From NCBI GenBank assembly GCA_000433515.1, contig FR891151.1:1-43625 (forward strand): a stretch of 43,625 nucleotides of DNA. Reading direction: 5' to 3'. Shown here one piece after another: positions 18,480-26,523 of this stretch. How positions within the stretch are numbered: the stretch's first letter is position 1; every line of letters starts with the position of its first letter. Source of the DNA: Candidatus Colimorpha enterica (GTDB lineage Bacteria > Bacillota > Clostridia > Oscillospirales > CAG-272). A model generated the notes under the pieces. It did not search any database, was not told the DNA's origin, and saw only the letters and a list, made by a program, of their open reading frames with translations. The translations under genes were made by a program, and so were the position numbers.

Positions 18480-18504
18480 AAACGCAAATGAGTAGGAGGG
18501 TTAT

Positions 18505-18981
18505 ATGAATAGCTATAATGTTAAACAAGTAGCTGACCTGTTAAAAACCAATCCCGAGACCGTTCGACGCTGGATTAGATCTGGTAAATTGGTCGCACAA
18601 CAGGATTCTCGTAAGGGTGGAAATATTATTTGCGAAAGTGCTTTGAGAGAATTTGTAAAATCAACACCTAAGTATGCTGGAACTACAACCGCCTTTCTTT
18701 TGGGAACGGCTGCTTTGTCTACCGCCTTAATCGGAGGCATTGTCGCACATAAACTGTCTGCCGAGGAAAACATAAAAAATGCCCATATTTCCGCAAATGA
18801 CATATGCGAATTTGTATCTACAGAAATTGAAGCACTTTCAAGCTCTGTTTCAAACAAAAGAAAAACTATCCGTCATTTGGAGTCGGAGATAGAAAACGAA
18901 AGCAAAAAGATAGAGGAATTGAGAGAACTTCTTAAAACACTTTCAACTTTATCCGATGGAGGGGAAAAAGATGAAAGATAA
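18505..18981 (+). CDS. Excisionase/MerR-type HTH (HTH_17-like) protein fused to a TM segment and a C-terminal coiled coil
   Basis: RBS GTAGGAGGG. N-terminus YNVKQVADLLKTNPETVRRWIRSGKL. Hydrophobic TTTAFLLGTAALSTALIGGIVA. Heptad-like EIEALSSSVSNKRKTIRHLESEIENESKKIEELRELLKTL. Confidence 0.65.
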   Translation: MNSYNVKQVADLLKTNPETVRRWIRSGKLVAQQDSRKGGNIICESALREFVKSTPKYAGTTTAFLLGTAALSTALIGGIVAHKLSAEENIKNAHISANDICEFVSTEIEALSSSVSNKRKTIRHLESEIENESKKIEELRELLKTLSTLSDGGEKDER

Positions 18982-20140
18982 TCTGCTAAATGAACACCTC
19001 CTAAAAATAACCGAGTATAAAGCCATCGGTGAGCTTCCCAATCCATTCATGTTTGATAATGCAAACTACGTTTCATCAATAGACGAGTGGGAACGCCGGA
19101 AGCGAGAAATCGCAAAAACGACAATAGATGTGCAATTTGGAACATTACCACCAGCCCCCGAAATATTTTGGGTTGAACAACTGAATTGTGGTAAAGAACA
19201 TCGATCATATAAAATTCATGCTGGTACAAAAGAAAAACAAATCTCTTTTGTAGTAAAACTTATTATGCCAAAGGGCGAGAGTCGTCCAATAATCATTGAT
19301 GGAGATATGTGCGCAGGTTATTTTATGAAAGAAGATTTCATAAATGCCGCAGTTTCCAGAGATATCGGTTGGCTTTTGTTTGATAGAACAGAACTTGCAC
19401 ATGATCTTAAGGAAGAACGAGGTCGCGCTGGTGCACTATACGATATCTATCCTGAATACACTTTCGGTGCATTGGGTGCTTGGGCTTGGGGGTATTCACG
19501 TTGTGTTGACGCTGTAATAAAACTCAATCTTCCGCAAATTGATTGCTCATGCATCGTAGCCACCGGACATTCAAGAGGTGGTAAAGCAACGATGCTTGCA
19601 GGAGCAGTTGATGAAAGAATTGCTATCGTTAATCCAAACGAAGCTTGCCTTGTCGGTGGAGGATGTTATCGAATAGAAATGGTAGGAGACTATCCCGACC
19701 TTTTGCCTTGGAGAAGCGAAACCTTAAAGGACATATGTAAGGAAACTGATTTTTGGATCGGTCCAACAATGAAGAACTATATCGGACGCGAAAATGAATT
19801 GCCCTTTGATACACATTTTCTGAAAGCGTTAGTTGCTCCGCGAATTTTATTTGTATCCGAAGCGGCTGGCGATATATGGGCAAATCCTATAGGCTCTTGG
19901 ATGACTACTGAAGCTGCTAAAGAAGTCTACGAGTTTTTAGGCGCAGGTCCTAATATCTATTGGTATTTTAGAACCGGAACTCATTATCACAAAGCAGAAG
20001 ATATAGAAATGCTTGTCAATATTATCTGTCACATCCATGACAACGAGGATATCAGTGATAGCTTTTATAAGTTACCCTTTTCTCCGCCCGAATATCTATT
20101 TAGTTGGAGAAAGCCTAATTTCAAATTAAAAGGAGAATAA
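18971..20140 (+). CDS. Alpha/beta hydrolase, CE15 glucuronoyl-esterase-like
   Basis: The preferred start is ATG 18971, with GGAGGGG 6 nt upstream; it overlaps the preceding gene by 11 nt. The nucleophile elbow is VATGHSRGGKATMLAGAVDERIA (G-x-S-R-x-G-K as in CE15). Confidence 0.6.
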   Translation: MKDNLLNEHLLKITEYKAIGELPNPFMFDNANYVSSIDEWERRKREIAKTTIDVQFGTLPPAPEIFWVEQLNCGKEHRSYKIHAGTKEKQISFVVKLIMPKGESRPIIIDGDMCAGYFMKEDFINAAVSRDIGWLLFDRTELAHDLKEERGRAGALYDIYPEYTFGALGAWAWGYSRCVDAVIKLNLPQIDCSCIVATGHSRGGKATMLAGAVDERIAIVNPNEACLVGGGCYRIEMVGDYPDLLPWRSETLKDICKETDFWIGPTMKNYIGRENELPFDTHFLKALVAPRILFVSEAAGDIWANPIGSWMTTEAAKEVYEFLGAGPNIYWYFRTGTHYHKAEDIEMLVNIICHIHDNEDISDSFYKLPFSPPEYLFSWRKPNFKLKGE

Positions 20141-20144
20141 AATT

Positions 20145-21209
20145 ATGAAACGAATTTTGTCTTTAGTTGTTGCTATGCTTATGATCATCAGTTTGACTGC
20201 TTGCAATAGCAATCAAGGTTCAACGGATAAAGAAACCAAGAAAATTATAGATGCCGCTGGAGACGAGGTTATCATTCCTGCCAAAGTAGATACAGTAATC
20301 AATCTTGTTACATACGGATGCCAAGTTATGGTTGGGCTTGGATTTGGTGATTATCTTGTCGGTATTAATGTAGATGCTATCGAATCTCCATGGATGGCTG
20401 AAATGTATCCGAGAACCAACGAAATTGAAAAATTTGACCAAGAAGCAAGTGCTGAAATTCTTTTGAGAGCAAATGCTGACATTGTTCTTGTTCAAGAAGC
20501 AGAGCAAGCTCGCGATTTGAGAAGCAAGGGTGTTACGGCAGTCACCTTTTCATATTGGTCTTTGGAGGATATGAAGGCAACCATTAAAATGTTAGGGGAT
20601 ATTTTGGGTGGAGATGCTGTAGAAAAGTGTAATAAATATATTGCCTATCTCGACGGAAACATTGCATTGGTCGAAAACACTCTCAAAGATAAGGTACTTG
20701 AAAAAGAAACTCTCTATTATATAAACGGTGTTTCTAATAAAGGGCTATATAAAACTGCTGGAAAGGGTTCTACAAATTCTGCCTGCGCTCAACTTTCCCA
20801 TACCATATTTGCAACAGATTCACTGATAGAATCCCCTGCTAATAAGGTTGATAGCGAAGCAATCTTATCGGTGAATCCTCAAAATATCATAATTGGTGGA
20901 AAATATCAGCATGTCCTCTACGACGAATTGATGGTAACATCTGAATGGTCTAACAACACTGCTGTAAAAAACGGGCATGTATTCAAGGTTCCAATGGGTA
21001 TTTCTGCTTGGAACAGATACGGAATAGAGATTGCCCTAATGATTACATGGACAAGTGCTGTTGTTTATCCTGAGTACTTCGAATATGATCTTGTAAAGGA
21101 AACCATCGATTTTTACAAGGAATTTACCGGGATTACATTGACAGAGCAGCAAGCTCAGTATATTTTAGAGGGGTTGACGCCAAGTGGAGAAAAAGAAATT
21201 ACAAATTGA
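20145..21209 (+). CDS. ABC importer substrate-binding lipoprotein, iron-siderophore/cobalamin (FecB/BtuF, TroA-like) class
   Basis: Lipobox ISLTAC. The size and pattern are typical of periplasmic-binding-protein type 2. It precedes a FecCD permease and an ATPase. Confidence 0.7.
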   Translation: MKRILSLVVAMLMIISLTACNSNQGSTDKETKKIIDAAGDEVIIPAKVDTVINLVTYGCQVMVGLGFGDYLVGINVDAIESPWMAEMYPRTNEIEKFDQEASAEILLRANADIVLVQEAEQARDLRSKGVTAVTFSYWSLEDMKATIKMLGDILGGDAVEKCNKYIAYLDGNIALVENTLKDKVLEKETLYYINGVSNKGLYKTAGKGSTNSACAQLSHTIFATDSLIESPANKVDSEAILSVNPQNIIIGGKYQHVLYDELMVTSEWSNNTAVKNGHVFKVPMGISAWNRYGIEIALMITWTSAVVYPEYFEYDLVKETIDFYKEFTGITLTEQQAQYILEGLTPSGEKEITN

Positions 21210-22236
21210 AAATCTTTATCAAGGCAAAAAGAAAAGCCAACTTTGGATTTTCGCTTTATTAATCATTACTGTTTTTCTTGCCGTTGTGTCCTTGTTTATA
21301 GGTCAATACGGAATGTCATTCTTTGATACTGTTAAAAGTGTTGTGGGCATCAATAGCGGCGTAGAAGCTGAAAACATCAGAAAAATCATTTTGAATATTC
21401 GTGTTCCAAGAACTGTAGCATCGATTGTAATTGGCGGAATATTGGCAATTGCCGGACTCACCTATCAATGTATTTTCCGAAACACATTGGTTTCGCAAGA
21501 CATCTTGGGTGTGAGCACAAGTTCTTGCGTTGGCGCTGCTCTTGGCATCGTATTAGGATGGAGTACCCTTCATATTCAGTTTTTGGCATTCGCTCTTGGT
21601 GTGTTGAATATTTGTCTGATATTTTTGCTATCTTCACGAATAAAGCTTGATAAGACGCTTTCTTTGATTTTGTCCGGCATATTAATCGGAGGAGCCATGT
21701 CGTCTGTGCTTGCTCTTATTAAATATATGGCGAATCCGGAAGTGCATTTACAAGCAATCGTTTTCTGGACGATGGGAGATATTTCTTCAATAACGCTGGA
21801 TCAGTTAGGATTTATTGCTGTGCCTGTGATTGTCTGTACCGTTATACTCTTCGCAAAGAGCTGGGATCTTAACTATTTCTGCTTCGTTGATAGCGAAGCA
21901 AAAAGCATGGGCTTTAACCTCGCTCGTAATAGAATTATTTTTCTTGCATGTGCAACTGTTTTGGTTGCTTCGGCCGTTTCTATTTCGGGATCCATAGGAT
22001 GGGTTGGTCTTGTTATTCCTCAATTGGTACGACTGTTAATTGGGACAAACAATCGCTATACAATGCCACTCTCGTTTTTAATGGGAAGCTCCTTTTTGCT
22101 TTTGGTAGATGTTCTTAATCGTTTGATTTCCGCTGCAGAACTGCCAGTAAGTATTTTATCCGGTTTGCTTGGATTGCCGTTGTTTGTTGTATGCTGGCTC
22201 ATAAACGCTAAACATAGTGAGGTGGAAAGCAAATGA
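21184..22236 (+). CDS. FecCD-family ABC permease
   Basis: About 9-10 hydrophobic segments, with blocks such as RVPRTVASIVIGGILAIAGLTYQCIFRN. The start codon is uncertain (GTG 21184 overlaps the SBP gene). Confidence 0.75.
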   Translation: MEKKKLQIENLYQGKKKSQLWIFALLIITVFLAVVSLFIGQYGMSFFDTVKSVVGINSGVEAENIRKIILNIRVPRTVASIVIGGILAIAGLTYQCIFRNTLVSQDILGVSTSSCVGAALGIVLGWSTLHIQFLAFALGVLNICLIFLLSSRIKLDKTLSLILSGILIGGAMSSVLALIKYMANPEVHLQAIVFWTMGDISSITLDQLGFIAVPVIVCTVILFAKSWDLNYFCFVDSEAKSMGFNLARNRIIFLACATVLVASAVSISGSIGWVGLVIPQLVRLLIGTNNRYTMPLSFLMGSSFLLLVDVLNRLISAAELPVSILSGLLGLPLFVVCWLINAKHSEVESK

Positions 22237-23024
22237 TTCAAGTCAAGAATTTATCATTTAGATATAAGAACAATCTCCCTTTGATACTTGATGATTTGTC
22301 GTTTTCCATCGAGCGTGGATCTATTCTTTCGATTTTAGGCAAAAATGGTGTAGGCAAAACAACATTTATCAAATGCTTAACGTCTGAGATAAAAAACTAC
22401 AGCGGAACCATACTTGTTGATTCGAAGGATGTTCGACAATTATCCATAAGTGAATTATCAAAATCAATTGCTGTTGTAGCCTCAAACAATCCCTGTTATC
22501 AAAACTTATGCGTTGCAGACTTTCTCGTCACAGGATTTGCTAATAAACTTACAGCTCTCAAAGCGCCGAGAAAAAACGAATATGAAAAAGCATGTTCTGT
22601 CTTGGATGAATTAGGTCATGTAGATTTGCTTAATCGAGCTATCTTTGAACTATCATCCGGTGAATTGCAAATTGTAAAAATAGTACGTGCAATACTTCAA
22701 AATCCGAAGGTTATAGTTTTTGATGAACCTACTTCTAATCTTGACATTAAAAATCAATTGATTGTCCTAAATCAAATTACAGGACTTTCGCAAAGAGGAT
22801 ATACCGTAATCACAACAACTCATAATCCGGGACAATCAATAGAGCTTGGAGGAATGGTATTGATGATGTCCGGGTCGCATCAAATCTTTGGCAAAACCGC
22901 TGAAGTGCTTACGGCAGAAAATCTTCGAAACACATACAACCTCAATGTTTCGATTGAAGAAGGGCGGTTCCGGCAGTATGCCTCTTTTGAAGATGAATCT
23001 GGAATTCATCGGTTAATATATTAA
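22233..23024 (+). CDS. ABC transporter ATP-binding protein (FecE/FepC-like)
   Basis: Walker A GKNGVGKTT, signature LSSGELQ, Walker B VIVFDEP. A 4-nt ATGA overlap with the permease gene. Confidence 0.85.
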   Translation: MIQVKNLSFRYKNNLPLILDDLSFSIERGSILSILGKNGVGKTTFIKCLTSEIKNYSGTILVDSKDVRQLSISELSKSIAVVASNNPCYQNLCVADFLVTGFANKLTALKAPRKNEYEKACSVLDELGHVDLLNRAIFELSSGELQIVKIVRAILQNPKVIVFDEPTSNLDIKNQLIVLNQITGLSQRGYTVITTTHNPGQSIELGGMVLMMSGSHQIFGKTAEVLTAENLRNTYNLNVSIEEGRFRQYASFEDESGIHRLIY

Positions 23025-23048
23025 CATTTATTACACACATTTATGGAA

Positions 23049-23087
23049 ATAGCCGTGTGGACATTTTGTCCACACGGCTATGTTTTT
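23049..23087. terminator. Bidirectional terminator between convergent genes
   Basis: Perfect 14-bp stem atagccgtgtggac/gtccacacggctat with a T-run. Confidence 0.75.
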
Positions 23088-23586
23088 AGTTTTCTTTTTC
23101 ACTTACAACAGCAAGCATTAGTTTTGCTCCAAGTTTGAAGGCATACTCAAATATAGCTGCTTCTGCAAGACTCACATACTCGTTCCAACAATCTTGGTAC
23201 TTTTCAAAGATGACTTTTTGTTCGTCGGTTAATAGCTTTTCTAAATCCTCATCATGCCTTGCTATATAACTGATGAGTTCCTTCATTTCCTTCGTGTTGG
23301 TTCGGCTATCTTCTTGCGGTATGATATTTCCGTGCCATAGTTCATTGATGATCGACCTCATTGATAGACCACCTCCTGCAGGACGATTTCTTCCGGAACT
23401 GCCTTGCCAACGAAATGCAAAGGACTTCTTTGTTTTCGTTTGTGTGATTCCTGTTTTGGCGTACACTTTATTCTTGATAGAGGAAAGTGTATCAGCCGAA
23501 ACATCAGACGCAGCATTTTGACTTACGAGTTTTTCAAGCTCGTTTGCGGACGCTTCATCGAAAATATTATTTAGTGTTTTTTTCAT
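23086..23586 (-). CDS. Composite ORF: anti-sigma-like N-terminal segment fused in frame to a small helical protein that retains its own RBS and ATG (23361)
   Basis: The N-part MKKTLNNIFDEASANELEKLV...SSIKNKVYAKTGI resembles proteins encoded after clostridial ECF-like sigma genes. The internal GGAGGTGG lies 7 nt before ATG 23361 and opens MRSIINELWHGNIIPQE... Confidence 0.55.
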   Translation of the reverse strand: MKKTLNNIFDEASANELEKLVSQNAASDVSADTLSSIKNKVYAKTGITQTKTKKSFAFRWQGSSGRNRPAGGGLSMRSIINELWHGNIIPQEDSRTNTKEMKELISYIARHDEDLEKLLTDEQKVIFEKYQDCWNEYVSLAEAAIFEYAFKLGAKLMLAVVSEKEN

Positions 23587-24143
23587 ACCTCATTACCTCC
23601 AAACAATTTACGAAGTTTGTTTAAGGCTCTGTGTGTTCGGGTATCAACATTTGATACGGTCAGACCGACAGCCTTGGCAATATCCTTGGAGGACTCTCCG
23701 TAATAAAACTTACGGAAAATAATACTCGAGTCAGGCTCGCCGAGATCTTCGACCGCCTTGATAACCTCACGCCTAAGTTCATCTTCGGCGAGTTCGCTAT
23801 CGATTATTACGTCATCCGCAACCTGCAAAAGTGATTGCTCATCATCGAGGGAGATGCCTCCTTCGAGACTTCGTCTCTTAGAAACGTTGATCGCTTGATT
23901 ACGTGCGATGACGCACAGATAGGTTTTTATACTCGATATCTTAGGATCGTAGTCGGACAGCTCCGCATAAAATTTGCTGAATACGTCTGCCACACAGTTT
24001 TCAATATCGGATGATACATAATAAGAATCGTCAAGTTTGCTTTTGACAACAGCATAAACAAGACCTGTGTACTGATTCATTAATTGTTCCATTCCGGCGT
24101 TCGGGTCTTTATGTAGTAGTCGAAGTAACTTGTTATCCTCCAT
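23583..24143 (-). CDS. Sigma-70 family (ECF-like, regions 2 and 4) RNA polymerase sigma factor
   Basis: Start at ATG 24143 after AGAGGTGAG. Region 2-like LMNQYTGLVYAVVKSKL...DIENCVADVF. Region 4 HTH SSKDIAKAVGLTVSNVDTRTHRALNKLR. An ATGA overlap with the downstream ORF. Confidence 0.8.
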   Translation of the reverse strand: MEDNKLLRLLHKDPNAGMEQLMNQYTGLVYAVVKSKLDDSYYVSSDIENCVADVFSKFYAELSDYDPKISSIKTYLCVIARNQAINVSKRRSLEGGISLDDEQSLLQVADDVIIDSELAEDELRREVIKAVEDLGEPDSSIIFRKFYYGESSKDIAKAVGLTVSNVDTRTHRALNKLRKLFGGNEV

Positions 24144-24307
24144 ATTCTCACCTCTGTCTTTGAATCGATTCACTATTATATACAATCGAGAACGCAAAAT
24201 CTTACACATCAATTCGAACCTATATAAAATTTTATCAAAAATTATTTAAAAGGCAAGATTTGAAGTTGCAAATCCCAAACACATAAGAAATCGAAAATTT
24301 GTTGAGA

Positions 24308-24344
24308 TTTTGACCAGTTCTGTACTGGTCAAATTGTGGTCAAA
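24308..24344. repeat. GGTCAAA iteron cluster A (palindrome tttgaccagt-tctgt-actggtcaaa plus one direct copy)
   Basis: Read directly. Confidence 0.8.
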
Positions 24345-24379
24345 ATTTTCTGCAAAATAAAAAATTGTGCAGAATGATG

Positions 24380-24429
24380 AAAAAAACGACCGTTTTCAAG
24401 GGGTTTAAGCCTCAAAAACGGTCTTTTTT
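24380..24429 (-). terminator. Bidirectional terminator 3' of tRNA-Pro
   Basis: The stem gaccgtttt...aaaacggtc is flanked by an A-run and a T-run. Confidence 0.6.
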
Positions 24430-24505
24430 TGGTCGAAGTGCGGAGACTCGAACTCCGTGCCTCCTGGTCCCAAACCAGGCGCTCTACCAGATGAGCTACA
24501 CCTCG
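24430..24505 (-). tRNA. tRNA-Pro(UGG): tRNA-Pro (anticodon UGG), CCA encoded
   Basis: Minus strand: CGAGGTG TA GCTC ATCTGGTA GAGC G CCTGG TTTGGGA CCAGG AGGCA CGGAG TTCGAGT CTCCG CACTTCG A CCA. All four stems pair, with one G-U in the acceptor stem. Confidence 0.9.
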
Positions 24506-24545
24506 AAGGTGAAAAAACTTATGAAATTGTAGTTCTCACAGAACT

Positions 24546-24588
24546 GGTCAAAATTGTGGTCAAACCACTTTTGCGAGGGTAGGTCAAA
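24546..24588. repeat. GGTCAAA iteron cluster B (three copies)
   Basis: Copies at 24546, 24558 and 24582. Confidence 0.8.
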
Positions 24589-24643
24589 CAGCAAATGCTC
24601 GTTTTTCCTCCGTTTTTCTCGCGTTTCCTCGCTTTTTTGAAGA

Positions 24644-24705
24644 GGGGATCGGGTAGCGACCTTTAGCTCCCAAATGCGGTGCGATACCAGCTTCGCCACA
24701 CCCCG
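24644..24705 (-). pseudogene. tRNA-Pro relic 2: intact 5' half through the anticodon loop, T-arm missing
   Basis: Minus strand: CGGGGTG TG GCGA AGCTGGTA TCGC A CCGCA TTTGGGA GC. It then continues TAAAGGTCGCTACCCGATCCCC, with no anticodon-stem or T-arm pairing. Confidence 0.7.
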
Positions 24706-24730
24706 AAGTGTGAAAAATATTCGATTTTTA

Positions 24731-24766
24731 GGTCAATTTCCGTAAGTGGTCAAATCTGTGGTCAAA
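24731..24766. repeat. GGTCAAA iteron cluster C (three copies)
   Basis: GGTCAAT at 24731, GGTCAAA at 24748 and 24760. Confidence 0.8.
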
Positions 24767-24869
24767 ACATTTTGTCGGTGTTTTTTTGAAAAGGGTAACA
24801 GCCGAAAAAGTCAATGTTTTCAAGGGTTTTCATGCATTTGAAAAATCAAGAAGCCAAAACCGCCTGCAT

Positions 24870-24908
24870 GCTCCCAAAACTGGTGGGTGACCGTTACCCT
24901 ACATCCCG
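24870..24908 (-). pseudogene. tRNA-Pro relic 3: 5' half only
   Basis: Minus strand: CGGGATG TA GGGT AACGGTC ACCC A CCAGT TTTGGGA GC, followed by unrelated sequence. Confidence 0.65.
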
Positions 24909-24923
24909 ATATTCGGTTTTTGC

Positions 24924-24958
24924 GGTCAAATCCGTAAGTGGTCAAATCTGTGGTCAAA
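24924..24958. repeat. GGTCAAA iteron cluster D (three copies)
   Basis: Copies at 24924, 24940 and 24952. About 60 nt around it align with cluster C. Confidence 0.8.
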
Positions 24959-25056
24959 ATTTTTTGCCGAAACACACGGCGGAGGAAAAGCGAGAAAATG
25001 CGAGGAAAACGGAAATTTTGCGAGCTTTCGGCGGTCGGCTCATGAGGCGGTCACAC

Positions 25057-25095
25057 GCTCCCAAGCAGGCGCGCTGCTAACTGCGCTGCATCCCG
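25057..25095 (-). pseudogene. tRNA-Pro relic 4: 5' half only
   Basis: Minus strand: CGGGATG CA GCGC AGTTAGCA GCGC GCCTG CTTGGGA GC, followed by unrelated sequence. Confidence 0.6.
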
Positions 25096-25353
25096 TTTGC
25101 GGCTGATTGTTACTGCAAATCAATTCTGAACAGTCAATATTGTACCTCATTTGCGCCGCAAAGTCAATAGGAGCAGAGGATTTTTTCAAACTTTGCATAA
25201 CGAAGAAACCGACGAACGTCACTCTGCGCTCTGAATCTCTCCGATATTCGCTGAAATCGCGCATCTGTGAGACGGCTTATCCGCGAAGGTGAACCGCGTG
25301 TGAGCCGTTTTTAAAAAATGTTACGGAAATTTCAGATTATTTCGGATAAAATA

Positions 25354-25382
25354 TTGACAACGACGCTACTTTGCTGTACAAT
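25354..25382 (+). promoter_or_regulatory. Sigma-A promoter of the PadR operon, with a GGTAC-TAT-GTACC palindrome just downstream
   Basis: TTGACA, a 17-nt spacer, then TACAAT. The palindrome at ~25388-25400 is a plausible PadR operator. Confidence 0.6.
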
Positions 25383-25436
25383 GTAGTGGTACTATGTACC
25401 GCAGTGTAGATATGAAACCGCACGGAAGGAGAAAAA

Positions 25437-25805
25437 ATGTTTTATGACAGGTCGCAGCTGATGCGCGGAACGCTTGAGGGCTGTATTCTGAAAATCATCA
25501 GCGAAAAGACGACGTACGGTTACGAGATAATGGTCTCGCTGAAAAACAAAGGCTTCGAGGACATATCCGAGGGCACGATCTATCCGCTTCTCATGCGCCT
25601 TGAAAAGCAGGGAAGCATTAAATCCGAGCTTCTGCCGTCGCCTCTCGGTCCTAAAAGAAAATATTTCACCGTGACCCCGGCGGGACGTGATTATCTTGAG
25701 TCGTTCGAAAACTGCTGGCGGAGGATATCCGAATCGGTCACGGGTATAATCGGCAAACGCGCTTCGGACAGTGTTTTTATCGGGGAGGCTGCTGAAAATG
25801 GATAA
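25437..25805 (+). CDS. PadR-family transcriptional regulator
   Basis: LRGTLEGCILKIISEKTTYGYEI...GTIYPLLMRLEKQG is the PadR wHTH signature. Confidence 0.85.
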   Translation: MFYDRSQLMRGTLEGCILKIISEKTTYGYEIMVSLKNKGFEDISEGTIYPLLMRLEKQGSIKSELLPSPLGPKRKYFTVTPAGRDYLESFENCWRRISESVTGIIGKRASDSVFIGEAAENG

Positions 25806-26496
25806 GGAACTATCCGCTTCTATGAAGAAGCTCAACAAAGAAAACCGCCGCGTCATAATGAAAATGGAGCAGTACATGGAATCGCGGTATATCAACGAGA
25901 TCGCCGGAGAGGATATCCTTGCCGATATGGTGGGGATGGCTCTTGAATATCAGGAGCGGGGAGAGCCGTTTCCCGAGGCAATCGGCGGTGACTGCGAGGC
26001 TTTCTGCCGCGAGCTTGTCAGAAATTCTCCGAGGCAGTCTCCCATCGAGCGGGTGCTGAGCGTCCTGCGGTGGCTGATGCTGTTTTCAATGATACTCATG
26101 CCGTCTCTGTGGCTTATCGAGCTTATATTCCCGAAATACTCTCCCTCTGAGGCTGACGGCTTTCTGTTCACAACGCGGGCGGCGTTTGCCATAAAATACT
26201 ACATCCTGATGTTCATTCTCGTCATCGGGTGGTTCTTTGTCAGAATGTACACGTATAAGCCGATGAAATATGTAATGGGTACATATATCGGCATATTCAT
26301 GCTGTTCTTCCTTTTCACGGACGGGGTTCTCCGATATATCGTGAAGGATTATGTCATATCGGTGAATATAATCGTCTGGGTGGCTGCCTTTGGTGCAGTA
26401 CTGCTTCTTTGCGACGTGCTGAAGCGGCTGGCTGCGATAACGGTGGCATACAGGAAGCGCAAGGAAAGTCAGAAAAACAACTCCTCCGGCAGCTGA
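25798..26496 (+). CDS. Membrane protein of the type paired with PadR regulators (DUF1129-like)
   Basis: ATG 25798 overlaps the PadR stop (ATGGATAA), with GGGGAGG upstream. An N-terminal soluble helical part is followed by about 4 TM segments. Confidence 0.6.
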   Translation: MDKELSASMKKLNKENRRVIMKMEQYMESRYINEIAGEDILADMVGMALEYQERGEPFPEAIGGDCEAFCRELVRNSPRQSPIERVLSVLRWLMLFSMILMPSLWLIELIFPKYSPSEADGFLFTTRAAFAIKYYILMFILVIGWFFVRMYTYKPMKYVMGTYIGIFMLFFLFTDGVLRYIVKDYVISVNIIVWVAAFGAVLLLCDVLKRLAAITVAYRKRKESQKNNSSGS

Positions 26497-26523
26497 AGCG
26501 CCGGATATAAGAAAGGACATAAT

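Noticed and set aside
24205-24228. A perfect GGTTCGAAT T-loop-like 9-mer on the minus strand next to the sigma-factor 5' end, considered as another tRNA 3' relic.
   Set aside because: The flanks do not form a T-stem, and the following bases (TGATGTGTAAGA) do not match any acceptor strand of the tRNA-Pro copies.
24330-24770. TGTGGTCAAA compared with DnaA boxes (TGTGNATAA), as a possible replication origin or plasmid iterons.
   Set aside because: The match to the DnaA box is poor at conserved positions. There is no AT-rich unwinding element and no rep/dnaA gene nearby.
24496-25080. ORFs 24496-24699 (-) and 24814-25080 (+) in the track.
   Set aside because: They run through the tRNA relics and the low-complexity TTTTCCTCGC-type repeats. 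They have no RBS and encode K/R/E-rich nonsense.
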